This document shows positions 17,756 through 27,568 of a stretch of DNA of 64,000 bases, in pieces. The position numbers and the translations under genes are program-made. Under the pieces are notes generated by a model. That model saw only the letters and a list, made by a program, of their open reading frames with translations, did not search any database and was not told where the DNA came from. Origin of the DNA: Gemmatimonadaceae bacterium (GTDB taxonomy: Bacteria > Gemmatimonadota > Gemmatimonadetes > Gemmatimonadales > Gemmatimonadaceae); assembly GCA_051859245.1 (NCBI GenBank), contig JBHYGA010000004.1:160001-224000 (forward strand), in the 5' to 3' direction. Each line of letters starts with the position of its first letter. Position 1 is the first letter of the stretch.

Positions 17756-18676
17756 CTAGGCCGGCGACTTGAACCGATTCAGCCAGGTCACGACTTCGTG
17801 AAAGACGGTCTGTTTTTCGTAGTCAACGGTAATCACGTGTCCCGACTCGTCCAGCCAGACAAAGCGGCGAACCGGGGCGTTGACGCGCGTCCAGTTCCGG
17901 AGTGCGTCCAGTGCCGGCACACGATTGTCCTGTCGCGAAGCAATGTAGAGCAGCGGCGTGTCGATTTCCGGCAACGCCTCCTGGGCGATCTGAGTGACCT
18001 CGTGAAGCTCGCCGATGAGACGCCCTGAAACCACGCCCATGCCGCGGCTGGCCGGCCAGGCCTCGGGATTATGAATGGAGTTTCGCTTGCCGGTGCTCCG
18101 TCTGAATGGCGCCAGCGGACCGGCAATGCGCAGCAACGGGGCGAGGCGACGCACCTGCGGTGGCATGCTTAGATACGGAGAAAGCAGCACCACCGCATCG
18201 AGATCGCTGTGCTCGGCGGCCACAATCGCGCACAGCGCCGCGCCCATTGAAAGTCCCACCAGAGACACGTGCGGATAGATGCGGTGCAGTCGTGCCACCT
18301 GATCGCGAATATACCCCACCCAATCGTGCACGCGCGCGTTGCCAAACTCCGTAAGCGTACGCCCGTGCCCGGGAAGCAGGGGCACTTCAACCGTGTAGCC
18401 CTCGCGGTGCAAGACATGCGCCAGTTCACGCACCGATTGCGGTGTGTCGCCAAAGCCATGCACCACAAGCACCGCGTGTGTGGCGCTGCCGATCAACGAT
18501 TCGGGTTCCGCACCGTCCACAATTCCGTTGGCGCCCAGACGCAGTCGGTTGGCGACTTCCGCTTCCAGACGGCGTGCACGCACGCGATCGCGAACTAACA
18601 GTGCGGCAATACCTACCGCGGTCACGCCCGCGATCAGCGGGACGAGCGATTTTTTAGTAGCGCGGTAACGACGCAT
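17756..18676 (-). CDS. alpha/beta-hydrolase carboxylesterase with N-terminal membrane anchor
   Basis: HGF oxyanion motif, GLSMG nucleophile elbow, D..V and SGHVIT. Start uncertain. Confidence 0.85.
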   Translation of the reverse strand: MRRYRATKKSLVPLIAGVTAVGIAALLVRDRVRARRLEAEVANRLRLGANGIVDGAEPESLIGSATHAVLVVHGFGDTPQSVRELAHVLHREGYTVEVPLLPGHGRTLTEFGNARVHDWVGYIRDQVARLHRIYPHVSLVGLSMGAALCAIVAAEHSDLDAVVLLSPYLSMPPQVRRLAPLLRIAGPLAPFRRSTGKRNSIHNPEAWPASRGMGVVSGRLIGELHEVTQIAQEALPEIDTPLLYIASRQDNRVPALDALRNWTRVNAPVRRFVWLDESGHVITVDYEKQTVFHEVVTWLNRFKSPA

Positions 18677-18974
18677 CGACCTCAAGACTCCAGGCATCGA
18701 TGCCGCCTTCAAGGTTGGCCACGTTGGCAAAGCCCTGACTGCGCAACCATTGCACCGCCCGCGCACTGCGACCTCCGTGATGACAGTACACCACGTACTC
18801 GGCGTTACGATCCAGCGTGGGTGACACGGCCTGCAGTGTGCCCAGTGGAATCAGCTTCGCATTGGGCAACGCGGCGATCGCGTGCTCCCAGGCTTCCCGC
18901 ACATCGATCAGTACAGGTTGATCTCCCGCAGCCAGGCGCGCGGACAGTTTGGTGACTTCAAGGTCCTGTGACAT
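18654..18974 (-). CDS. single-domain rhodanese/sulfurtransferase
   Basis: LIDVRE, YCHHGGRS, NLEGGIDAW...PRY. Confidence 0.92.
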   Translation of the reverse strand: MSQDLEVTKLSARLAAGDQPVLIDVREAWEHAIAALPNAKLIPLGTLQAVSPTLDRNAEYVVYCHHGGRSARAVQWLRSQGFANVANLEGGIDAWSLEVDASLPRY

Positions 18975-18997
18975 GTGTCGGCTTTTGGGTCGGCTTG

Positions 18998-21139
18998 TTA
19001 GTTGGCTCGCATGATGGCCGCTCGTGCGTCAACGAGCGCCTTGGTGGCGGCTTCAAACGCTTTGGTGAGATCGGCGATTTCTGTTGTTGCACGCGCATCA
19101 TCGCGCGCGCGCACGGCTTCGTTCACGCCGGGAAAACTCATGGTGGCGTACCCATTGTCCACATCAGCCGCGTAGATCAGCGAGCGCCACCAGGGACGCC
19201 CCAACAAACCTTGCGGACGCGTAAGGGAACGTTCAACACTGCGCAGCGCGCTATTGGTTTGTTCACGCACTGTTTTGGGTAGCAGGACAGCGAGTCGTGC
19301 GTCGCGACTCGCGGAGAATCGCTCCGCCGCTGCCTGCATACTGTCGATCGCCACGGCCAGTGGTTGCACCATGGCACTGTCCCAGCCGTTTCGGGCGAGC
19401 CCTCGTGACACGAGCGGCACGTAGCCTTTCATGGTGCGCGCAAACTCCACATAGTCGTACGGGTGCACATCGGCGTTGGCCAATCGCAAAGCCATCGCCG
19501 CACCAATACGTGCCGCGGTCGCATGAAAGAGAAATCCGGGATCGCCCCACGTGCGCATCCATTCATACGTGTCATACGCCGAGTGGTACACACCCGCCGG
19601 TCCGGAAAAACCCCAGTCTGCGTGCGGAATACCAAGGTGATTGTAGAAGCCGGCAAAATCAGAACCGCCGCCGGGATCACCCATGGCGGGCTCCGCTTCG
19701 GCGCGTGTGGTGCCGGTGGTCAAGCGCCACACATCGTACACCATGCCTCGACCACGAGGGTCTGGCACCTGGCTCACCACAGAGCGCAGTGTGGAACGGA
19801 GTGACGGACTACCGCCCGCACCAAACGATGGGCCCTGCGCCGCCACGTCCTGATTCAAATACGCGACGCCGCCGCGAAGCAGTTTGAGTGAATCGTCTTC
19901 GACGTATTCCGTCGACCCGATCAGACCCCACTCCTCGGCATCCCACGTGGCGAACACTATGCTGCGACGTGGACGCTCGCCGCGCTTGGCGAGTTCGCTG
20001 AGCGCCTGCGCCGCCTCGAGCACACTCACCGTGCCACTCACATTATCCGCCGCCCCTGCACCCCACCCATCCCGATGTGAACCGATGTAGATGTACTCGT
20101 CGGGAAACTCGCTGCCCGGCAAGATGCCAAGCGTATTCCAGATCGTCTTGACACCCTTCGTATCGGCGTCTGTTTCTACCGTCATCTTTACGCGCACGGG
20201 TCCGGCGCCAATGTGATAGCGCAGCGGCAACCCGCCCTGCCAGCCCGCAGGAATGTCGGTGCCGCGCAAATCGCGCATCAACAGTTCGGCATTCTGGGCG
20301 CTGAGTGGCACCACCGGAATGCGCGGCACCGCGGTTTGTTCAAGCGGCACGCGCACGGCGGTTTTTGTGCTTGCATACCCGGGCGTGGTGGGATCACCCT
20401 GGCCGTTGAATACGCTGCCACGCTGCACGCCCGTGGTGGGACGCATCGGGCCCTGCGGATACACATCACCGCGAGCAAAACCGTCGTCGAGCGGATCGGT
20501 GTAAATGAACAATCCAACGGCGCCACGCTTCTCCGCCTCACGCGCTTTGATGCCGCGGAAGCTGCGACCGTAGCGCGCCAGGACGACTTTTCCTTTAACG
20601 GACACACCGAGTGAATCGAGCACGGCGTAGTCTTCGATCAACCCGAAGTTCACAAACACAAGTTCACCTTCGGCCGTACCCGCCGCGCTGTACCCGTTGA
20701 CCGTGGGATACTGCGGCATCGCGGTGGTTTCGTCGCCGGGAATCGGCGGCTCCTGCAGCGCGAGCTCAAGCGTGTCGCGCCCCAATCGCCACGCACGAAC
20801 CGACGTGGCATGCGGCAACCACACGTCATACGCCCGCACTTCGGTGCGCAGCCCCATGCGCTTCATCTCGTTGATCACATAGTCGCGTGTTCTCGCCTGC
20901 GCGTCGGTACCGGCCACGTGCGGCTCGGCAGACAGCGCTTTGGCGTGCGCCTGCGCGCGGACCGAGTTGGGCGTGCCAATCGCTTCGCGTTCCAACTGCT
21001 GCTGCTGCGTGCTGTTCGCGGGTGAGAAACCCGGCAATCGATCGAGCGGTCGCGGCGCGGATTGTGCGCACAGGACGGAAGCGGCTGTGAGCAGCAGCAC
21101 GCCCGCAAGCGGCAGGGAGAATTTGGGCAGAAGTGTCAT
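18998..21139 (-). CDS. M28 peptidase, glutamate carboxypeptidase II / transferrin-receptor-like with PA domain
   Basis: PHVAGT, RYGRSFRGIK, VQRGS, GSHRDGW, DNVSG, WDAEEWGLIGSTE, GSDF, YHSAYD. Signal peptide from ATG 21139. Confidence 0.92.
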   Translation of the reverse strand: MTLLPKFSLPLAGVLLLTAASVLCAQSAPRPLDRLPGFSPANSTQQQQLEREAIGTPNSVRAQAHAKALSAEPHVAGTDAQARTRDYVINEMKRMGLRTEVRAYDVWLPHATSVRAWRLGRDTLELALQEPPIPGDETTAMPQYPTVNGYSAAGTAEGELVFVNFGLIEDYAVLDSLGVSVKGKVVLARYGRSFRGIKAREAEKRGAVGLFIYTDPLDDGFARGDVYPQGPMRPTTGVQRGSVFNGQGDPTTPGYASTKTAVRVPLEQTAVPRIPVVPLSAQNAELLMRDLRGTDIPAGWQGGLPLRYHIGAGPVRVKMTVETDADTKGVKTIWNTLGILPGSEFPDEYIYIGSHRDGWGAGAADNVSGTVSVLEAAQALSELAKRGERPRRSIVFATWDAEEWGLIGSTEYVEDDSLKLLRGGVAYLNQDVAAQGPSFGAGGSPSLRSTLRSVVSQVPDPRGRGMVYDVWRLTTGTTRAEAEPAMGDPGGGSDFAGFYNHLGIPHADWGFSGPAGVYHSAYDTYEWMRTWGDPGFLFHATAARIGAAMALRLANADVHPYDYVEFARTMKGYVPLVSRGLARNGWDSAMVQPLAVAIDSMQAAAERFSASRDARLAVLLPKTVREQTNSALRSVERSLTRPQGLLGRPWWRSLIYAADVDNGYATMSFPGVNEAVRARDDARATTEIADLTKAFEAATKALVDARAAIMRAN

Positions 21140-21191
21140 ACCGCAGCTTCGCGCTCCCCCCGCGCTTGAGCAAGAGGGTGAAACCCCACGT

Positions 21192-21806
21192 TTAGTCGGC
21201 GTCGTGATCCTCGAGCGCCCGCACGAGCGCCTGCTGCAAGCGCGCTTCGGCATCGTCTGATTGACCAATCGCTGGTGACAACGCGGCGTACTGGCGCAGC
21301 ATCTCGTCTCCCACCACCGCGTCGCTGGGGGTGCGCACACCGAGCGCTTGCAGCTGCTGCAACGCCAGTTCGTGGAGCAGCGCGATGCTATCGGCTTCGA
21401 GCGCGGCCAGCTGCGGTACGACGGGTCTCGAGGTGGGCTCGATATTGCGTCGGCGCTTGGGCGCTTCGAACAACGCGCGCACAGGCGCTGGCACAATCAC
21501 AAACGAGCCCGCCGTGTGCTCCTGCCATTCCTTCACCACATTGCGTCGCCGGAGCACGGGCATCAGCGCGAGCACCGCTTCTCGCACCGGACTCACTCCA
21601 CCAATGCTCCGCATGCCTCGCCCGGTGATCACCAGCACCTCGGGTGCGCCCTCCACCTGCTGCTGCCGCAGCCAGCGCTCGCAACGCGCCACCGCGTCGG
21701 CCACGGTCGGTTGCTGCGCACGCAGGTTCAATGTGCGCCGCGGTCCAAAGCGCACCTCGTCGAAGGCCTGCTGTAGCGGGACCGAGGAGCGCGGCGTGTG
21801 AGCCAT
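21192..21806 (-). CDS. Smr/MutS2-domain protein
   Basis: TLNLR...EVLVITGRG...GSF Smr pattern. Confidence 0.75.
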   Translation of the reverse strand: MAHTPRSSVPLQQAFDEVRFGPRRTLNLRAQQPTVADAVARCERWLRQQQVEGAPEVLVITGRGMRSIGGVSPVREAVLALMPVLRRRNVVKEWQEHTAGSFVIVPAPVRALFEAPKRRRNIEPTSRPVVPQLAALEADSIALLHELALQQLQALGVRTPSDAVVGDEMLRQYAALSPAIGQSDDAEARLQQALVRALEDHDAD

Positions 21807-21876
21807 GGCGTGTGCAGAGGGTGACGCCGCGCGAGCTGGACGAGAACCTGGTCCAGCTCGGCGGTTTCGCAAATCG

Positions 21877-23571
21877 CTATCGACGAACCGGAGGCAATGT
21901 ACCTCCGCGCGGGTCGCCGCCCAACGCTTCCTCCAGCACGCGTCCGTCGATGGTCTCGATCGGGACAATGCCGAGCGCCTTCGCGAGCGTTGCCGCAACG
22001 TCGACGGTGCGCGCGGGCGCATCGTAGTGACCCGTACGAAAACGCGGCCCAAGAAACACGATCGGCACGCGCGCGTCACTGTCGTGCGGCATGCCATGCG
22101 ACGCGTTGGTCTGCGCGAACCAGTAGTAGTTGGGCTCGAGCGTGATGGTCAGCACCGCGTCAAAATCCGCCGGAATCGCGTTGTACCACCGGCGGGCATA
22201 CGTGTCATTCCGCGCCATCAGCGCTGGAAGCTCTGACACCGCGTCCACTCGCATCACACCGGGGAGTGCGCGGAACTCGGCGCGCAACGCGGCAACGACA
22301 GAATCCACCGGTACGCGCTTCGCACGCAATCGCGCCGTATCAAGCACCACCAGACCAGATTCGAACTGCAGCGCGTCGCCTTCCACACCAAAGGCGGCCA
22401 GGGCACTGCGTCCGCGTGCAAACGTGGGCCGCACGTCCACGCGCCCACGTGCGGAGTCCGTGCCCGGAAACGTGAGCTCGGGATACGGCGTCACGCCGTG
22501 GTCGGCGCTCAACGCAAACAGAATGCGCGAGGAATCGCGCATGCGGTACAGCGAGTCAATGAACTGGCCAAGATACTGATCAACACGCAGCACCTGATCA
22601 TGGACTTCGCGTGAATCCGGACCATATCGATGGCCCACCGCGTCCGTGGTAGACAACGAGAGACCCAGGAAATCAGTGCTGGTGCCATCGCCGAGCTGCA
22701 TGGCATCGATGCCAGCGAGCGCGAGTTGCACGGTGAGTGAATCCATCACCGGGTACTCCGTAAGCGATGACGCGCGGCGCGGCGCCGAGTCGGGAAGCAG
22801 GTGCGGGAACACAAAATCCCGTCCACTGTTTTCGCGACGCACCGCATCCGGCTCAGGGTACGCGCTCTCGGGCTTGAGCGTGGTCCACCGTGCGCCCTGC
22901 AATGCGCCAACAAAGTCGCGCTGATTGAACGCTTTCACCCAGCTCGGCAACGTGTCGGCGTAGTAGCGGCTGGTGACAAAACGACCATCCGTAGAATACC
23001 AGAAGGCCGATTGCTTGGCGCGGCCAATCGGAAGAATCGCGCCGCGATCTTTGCGTGCGACCGAGAGTGCGCGGGACCACTGATTATTGGAGCGCATCCA
23101 GTCGAACAATGACGAGCCACGAAAGCGATCCGGCGACGCACCGCCGCCTCGCCCGCCTTCAATCAGTGGTGACTGCGGATCGCTGACACCGGCGTCATTG
23201 CGAACGATTCCGGTACTGCGCGGATGCCGACCGCTGCCGAGCGCGGCATGACCCGGGGCTGTTTCGGTGACCGCGTGATCGTGCAACGCGTTCGTAAACA
23301 ACGCGCCCTGATTCACAAAACGAGCCAAACCACCGGTAAACTCGCCGCGCCACTTCATGAGGTAGTCAGGGCGCAACTGATCCACGGTGATCAGCACCAC
23401 CAGCTGCGGACGACTGGCGTCTGCCGCCGGCTGCGCAAAGGCAGGCGACACGGTGAGGACGGCAGCGCATGCCAGCGTCAGCGCGGCGGCGAGCACCGCG
23501 CGAGCTGACGTGAACACGGCGCACGAGCGCGCAACGTCGCGCGCCGATTCAGAGTGTAGAGAAAGTCGCAT
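21877..23571 (-). CDS. alkaline phosphatase family (PafA-like) protein
   Basis: VDQLRPDYL, TETAPGHA (Thr nucleophile), KDRGAI, DAVGHRYGP, SADHG, HG. Confidence 0.9.
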   Translation of the reverse strand: MRLSLHSESARDVARSCAVFTSARAVLAAALTLACAAVLTVSPAFAQPAADASRPQLVVLITVDQLRPDYLMKWRGEFTGGLARFVNQGALFTNALHDHAVTETAPGHAALGSGRHPRSTGIVRNDAGVSDPQSPLIEGGRGGGASPDRFRGSSLFDWMRSNNQWSRALSVARKDRGAILPIGRAKQSAFWYSTDGRFVTSRYYADTLPSWVKAFNQRDFVGALQGARWTTLKPESAYPEPDAVRRENSGRDFVFPHLLPDSAPRRASSLTEYPVMDSLTVQLALAGIDAMQLGDGTSTDFLGLSLSTTDAVGHRYGPDSREVHDQVLRVDQYLGQFIDSLYRMRDSSRILFALSADHGVTPYPELTFPGTDSARGRVDVRPTFARGRSALAAFGVEGDALQFESGLVVLDTARLRAKRVPVDSVVAALRAEFRALPGVMRVDAVSELPALMARNDTYARRWYNAIPADFDAVLTITLEPNYYWFAQTNASHGMPHDSDARVPIVFLGPRFRTGHYDAPARTVDVAATLAKALGIVPIETIDGRVLEEALGGDPRGGTLPPVRR

Positions 23572-23644
23572 GGGGAGAATTTACCCCGCGCACTCAAATG
23601 CGGTGCGATTGTTGTGCGACTGTGACGCGGCGCGCACCGCGCAC

Positions 23645-23745
23645 ATGACAAGGGTTCGGCCGGCGGTTCCCGCTCGAGCCTCGGACGCGCCGCCGGATCG
23701 GCGCATTCGAACGGGAACCACCCCGCCGGCGAACACTCAGGTCAT
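23645..23745. ncRNA. unassigned ~100-nt imperfect hairpin, candidate structured RNA
   Basis: Nested complementary segments ATGAC/GTCAT, GTTCG/CGAAC, GCCGGCG/CGCCGGC, GGTTCCCG/CGGGAACC, TCGA/TCGA and GCGCCG/CGGCGC. No family motif confidently matched. Confidence 0.35.
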
Positions 23746-23846
23746 CTGATGCGCGCACCGTCGGTGCATCGCACGCACTTCCGCGAGGCGCAGGAAGCTG
23801 CGTCAATATGTGACACCACGGCGCAATGCGCCAGCGTGCGCGCCAA

Positions 23847-25061
23847 CTAGTTGTCGAGCAACGCGGATTCGAGCAGTGCGATCGCTTCGCTCAACTCATC
23901 GCGCGTCATGATCAGTGGAGGCAACAGACGGAGCGTGTGTTCACCCGCGCCAACGAGCAACAGTCCGCGCTCGTACGCACGCGCTACAATCGCGGCGGCT
24001 GGTTCGTGCGTGTCGAGACCCCACATGAAACCCATGCCGCGAATGGCGCGAATTTTTCCGGTACGCTTCATCAGCGCGTTCAACTCCGCGCTCAGCCAGC
24101 AACCCGTTTCGAGTACGTGCTCGAGCAACACCGGATCCGCGAGACGCTGAACCACGTGCTCCGCCACCGCCGCAACGAGCGGTCCACCACCAAACGTGGT
24201 GCCGTGATCACCAGGCTGCATCGCACCGGCAACGGGTTCATTCACGAGCACCGCACCAATCGGCAGACCATTCGCCATGGGCTTCGCGAGTGTGACCATA
24301 TCGGGCACGACGCCAAGCCCCTCGTACGCGAACAGATGTCCCGTGCGACCGAGTCCGCACTGAATCTCGTCGAGAATCAGCAGCACATTGCGCTCCCGTG
24401 TGAGTGCCCGCACCTCGCGCACAAAATCGGGATCAAGCACCCGCACGCCACCTTCACCCTGGATCGGCTCGAGAATCAGCGCGGCCGTTGTGTCAGGATC
24501 AAGCACGGCGCGCAACTCTTCGATATCCCGTTCCACGATCTGCACGCCGCCCATGAGCGGAAGAAACGGCTGCCGGTAACTCGCACGATCGGTCGCGGCG
24601 AGTGTTCCGGGCAAACGGCCATGAAACGCACCACGCAGGCTCACGATGCCAAACTTGTTGTCGTTGCCCTGCGCGCGCCCCCAGCGCCGCGCAAACTTGA
24701 ACGCCGCTTCGTTGGCTTCAGCGCCCGAGTTACAAAAGAACACCTGACTCGCAAACGAGTGCTGGACAAACCACGCCGCCAGTCGTTCGCCAGCGGCGGT
24801 GCGGTACAGGTTCGACGTATGAATCAATCCGGTGGCCAGCGCCTCCTGCATCACGCGCGCCACACCAGGATCGCCATGGCCGAGCGACACCACCGCAATA
24901 CCAGCCACCATATCGAGGTACGACTTGCCCGTCTCGTCGAACAGTCGCACGCCCTCACCGCGCACAAACAGTGCAGGCTGGCGCTTGTAGGTGCCGAGAA
25001 TGGCGTTGGCGGAGCTGGCCGGCGCGGTGGCGGCGTCAGGAATTGCGGTTGCGGTAGACAT
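23847..25061 (-). CDS. argD: acetylornithine aminotransferase
   Basis: NSGAEANEAAFK, FHGR, EPIQGEGG, DEIQCGLGRTG, AKPMANG, HGTTFGG. Operon context. Confidence 0.93.
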   Translation of the reverse strand: MSTATAIPDAATAPASSANAILGTYKRQPALFVRGEGVRLFDETGKSYLDMVAGIAVVSLGHGDPGVARVMQEALATGLIHTSNLYRTAAGERLAAWFVQHSFASQVFFCNSGAEANEAAFKFARRWGRAQGNDNKFGIVSLRGAFHGRLPGTLAATDRASYRQPFLPLMGGVQIVERDIEELRAVLDPDTTAALILEPIQGEGGVRVLDPDFVREVRALTRERNVLLILDEIQCGLGRTGHLFAYEGLGVVPDMVTLAKPMANGLPIGAVLVNEPVAGAMQPGDHGTTFGGGPLVAAVAEHVVQRLADPVLLEHVLETGCWLSAELNALMKRTGKIRAIRGMGFMWGLDTHEPAAAIVARAYERGLLLVGAGEHTLRLLPPLIMTRDELSEAIALLESALLDN

Positions 25062-25128
25062 GGCAGTCGGAGTCGATGGTCAGACAACACACAGCGTGAG
25101 AGACGAACACTTCAGCGGGAGCCGCAGC

Positions 25129-25935
25129 TCAACCGCTCACCATCGTGGTGCCTGCACTTCGTCGGAGCAGGGCCGCGAGGTCCCCAATGCGCACCTGACG
25201 TACACCAGTGTTCAGCGCGCGCAGCCCCGCTTCAAGTTTCGCCGCCATACCACCCTCGGCGATGCCGTTGGCAATCAGCTCGGCGGCGTCTTGCGGCGTG
25301 ACGACGCCAATCGGTGCACGCTCACGATCGAGCACGGCGGGCACGTCGGCCATAAAGAACAGTTCGTCCGCACCGAGTGCGCCGGCGATCGCCGCCGCTG
25401 CGTCATCACCGTTCACATTCATGGCCTGCGCACGATGCGCGTCTTCATGCGCCGCCACCGGTGAGAGCACAGGCAGAAACCCGCGCTCGAGTAGCAGCTG
25501 CGGCAATCGCGCGTCAATGCTCACCGGGGTGCCCGCGAAACCAAACGTGTCGACATCAATCGGTGTGGCGCGCAGGAATCCCGCGTCTTCACCACTGAAA
25601 CCAACGGCCGGAACACCCGCAGCAACAAGCGCCGACACGAGTTGTTTATTGGCCAGTCCGGAAAGCGCCATGCGCACGACATCGAGATCACCTTCGGTGG
25701 TCACACGACGTCCGCCCACAAAGCGTGGCGTATCGCCGCGCTGCTTTTGCAGCACCGAGATCTGATCACCACCGCCGTGCACAATCACCACGCGCCCCGC
25801 CCGCGCGCGCCACAACTCGCCAAGCGCGACCGGCAATGCGGGATCGGCCTGCGTACGTCCACCGAGTTTGACCACGATGAGTGATGACACCGTCGGCGTG
25901 TCTGCCGGCGGTGCGATGTGCGCAGGCGTTGTCAT
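25129..25935 (-). CDS. argB: acetylglutamate kinase
   Basis: VKLGG, VHGGG, GRRVT, NVNGD, GGMAAK. Confidence 0.93.
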   Translation of the reverse strand: MTTPAHIAPPADTPTVSSLIVVKLGGRTQADPALPVALGELWRARAGRVVIVHGGGDQISVLQKQRGDTPRFVGGRRVTTEGDLDVVRMALSGLANKQLVSALVAAGVPAVGFSGEDAGFLRATPIDVDTFGFAGTPVSIDARLPQLLLERGFLPVLSPVAAHEDAHRAQAMNVNGDDAAAAIAGALGADELFFMADVPAVLDRERAPIGVVTPQDAAELIANGIAEGGMAAKLEAGLRALNTGVRQVRIGDLAALLRRSAGTTMVSG

Positions 25936-26936
25936 CGCGGGAGTCCGGCGGTTTCGTCGAGGCCGAGCATGATGTTGGCGTTCTGCACCGCCTGGCCGGC
26001 CGCACCTTTGACCAGATTGTCGATCGCGGCGAAGAGCAGCAGCGTGGGTGTGCGCACGTGCTGCACCGACACGGCGCTCACGCGCACGACATTGCGATGC
26101 ACAACATCGGCCAGCGCGGGCAACTCCGCGCTGACTTCCACGAACGGTTCATTGTCGTACGCAGCGCGCAGCACGCTGAGCGGATCGGCAATCGATGCCG
26201 TAAGCGGCACGGTGATGGTGCTCAGAATCCCGCGATCTACCGGTAGCAAATGCGGCGTGAAAAGCAGATCAACGTCGCCACCGAGTCGTGCAAGGCTATC
26301 CGTCATTTCGGGCAGATGGCGATGCACGTTACCGGCCGCGTAGGCTCTGAAGTTCTCCGTCACTTCGGCGAACAACAGCTCCGGCTTGGGCGACGCACCT
26401 GCTCCGCTGACACCGCTGGCGGCGGCCACCGACACCAGCGCGCCCGGTGCAACCAGTCCCGCGCGTACGAACGGGGCGAGCGCCACCAGAATGCTGGTGG
26501 GATAGCACCCAGGATTTGCGACGACGCGTGCATCGGCAATGTCGGCGCGGAACAGTTCCGGCAGTCCGTACGGTACGTGCGCCGGCACGCTGGCCGGAAT
26601 CGGATGCGTGCTGCCACCGCGACCAGGCCGCAGATCGCTGGAGAGATCGACCACGCGCACACCCGCGTCGAGCACGCGACCCACCCAGTCCACGCTGGCG
26701 CCGTGCGGCAACGCGCTAAAAACGAGCTCGACCTCATTGAGGTTTGCATCGTCTGGCGCGATCATGGGCACATCTATCAAAGCGCCGTGGCCGGAGCGCA
26801 CACGCATGGTTTGCCCCCGCCGTTCATTGGCGGTGGCAAAGCGCAGATTGCAGGAGGGGTGGGACGCAATTAATCCGCACAACTCTCGTCCAGCGTACCC
26901 GCTGGCGCCGAGGACCCCGATCGGAATACTATGCAC
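25932..26936 (-). CDS. argC: N-acetyl-gamma-glutamyl-phosphate reductase
   Basis: GASGYAG, ALPHG, ANPGCYPT, SGVSGAG, HRHLPE, DNLVKGAAGQA. Start is GTG 26936 or ATG 26957. Confidence 0.95.
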   Translation of the reverse strand: MHSIPIGVLGASGYAGRELCGLIASHPSCNLRFATANERRGQTMRVRSGHGALIDVPMIAPDDANLNEVELVFSALPHGASVDWVGRVLDAGVRVVDLSSDLRPGRGGSTHPIPASVPAHVPYGLPELFRADIADARVVANPGCYPTSILVALAPFVRAGLVAPGALVSVAAASGVSGAGASPKPELLFAEVTENFRAYAAGNVHRHLPEMTDSLARLGGDVDLLFTPHLLPVDRGILSTITVPLTASIADPLSVLRAAYDNEPFVEVSAELPALADVVHRNVVRVSAVSVQHVRTPTLLLFAAIDNLVKGAAGQAVQNANIMLGLDETAGLPR

Positions 26937-26958
26937 ACTGAATGCATATTCTTGCATT
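26920..26958. promoter_or_regulatory. tandem ARG boxes between divergent argC and argR
   Basis: Cores CGGAA-TACT-ATGCA (26922) and TGCAT-ATTC-TTGCA (26943), 21 bp apart. Confidence 0.6.
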
Positions 26959-27006
26959 GCCGCGCTGTCAATCGTCGCGGGAAAAACCTTCTGGTGGGAG
27001 TTTGGG

Positions 27007-27465
27007 GTGAGCGACAAGAGCACGCGGCATACGGCGATTCGGGAATTGGTCGGCGAGCGGGCTGTGGGCAGCCAGGAAGAGCTGCGCAAGCTGTTGCACC
27101 AGCGTGGCTGGGATGTGACGCAGTCCACGCTCTCGCGCGATTTGCGGGAGTTGCGCCTGGCGCGCATTCCCGACGGACACGGCAGCGCGCGCTACGCCTT
27201 TCCCGAGTCCGCGCCCGACGAGTCCGGCCCGAGCCTCGAACAGCTCCTGCCACAGCTGCTGATTGCGGTGGAGGCGGTGCAGGTGCTGGTGGTGGCCCGC
27301 ACGGTGCCGTCAGGCGCGCAGCCGGTCGCGGCGGCGCTCGACAGCGCGGCCTGGGGTGACGTGCTCGGAACGATCGCCGGCGACGACACGGTGCTGATTA
27401 TCTGCCGCTCGCCGCAGGGGCGCGAGCGGGTCGTGCGCCGTCTCAAGACCCTGACGCGCCCCTGA
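27007..27465 (+). CDS. argR: arginine repressor
   Basis: SQEEL, VTQSTLSRDLREL, GTIAGDDT. GGGAG RBS before GTG 27007. Confidence 0.96.
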   Translation: MSDKSTRHTAIRELVGERAVGSQEELRKLLHQRGWDVTQSTLSRDLRELRLARIPDGHGSARYAFPESAPDESGPSLEQLLPQLLIAVEAVQVLVVARTVPSGAQPVAAALDSAAWGDVLGTIAGDDTVLIICRSPQGRERVVRRLKTLTRP

Positions 27466-27505
27466 GGGTCTAGATTCCCCCGGAGTCGCCGACCGTCTGT
27501 GGCGC

Positions 27506-27544
27506 TTCGAATCATTATGCACATTGTATGCATAAGTTCTCAAC
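27506..27544 (+). promoter_or_regulatory. tandem ARG boxes upstream of argH
   Basis: Cores CGAAT-CATT-ATGCA (27508) and TGCAT-AAGT-TCTCA (27529), 21 bp apart. Confidence 0.65.
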
Positions 27545-27568
27545 ATTTCCTGATCGTTCGTGGCTCCT

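Noticed and set aside
23645..23800. Identification of the hairpin as SRP RNA, tRNA, a TPP/glycine/fluoride riboswitch or a hammerhead ribozyme
   Set aside because: The required conserved cores are absent (SRP GNRA loop with CAGG/AGCAG, CUGAGA plus CCUGAU, CUGAUGA/GAAA). Left unassigned.
26539..27006. N-terminal extension of ArgR in the ORF track (similarly the long 5' extensions of dctA, the M28 peptidase, hisG, hisC and IorB)
   Set aside because: These overlap neighbouring genes. Downstream starts with an RBS or stop/start overlap give normal-length proteins.
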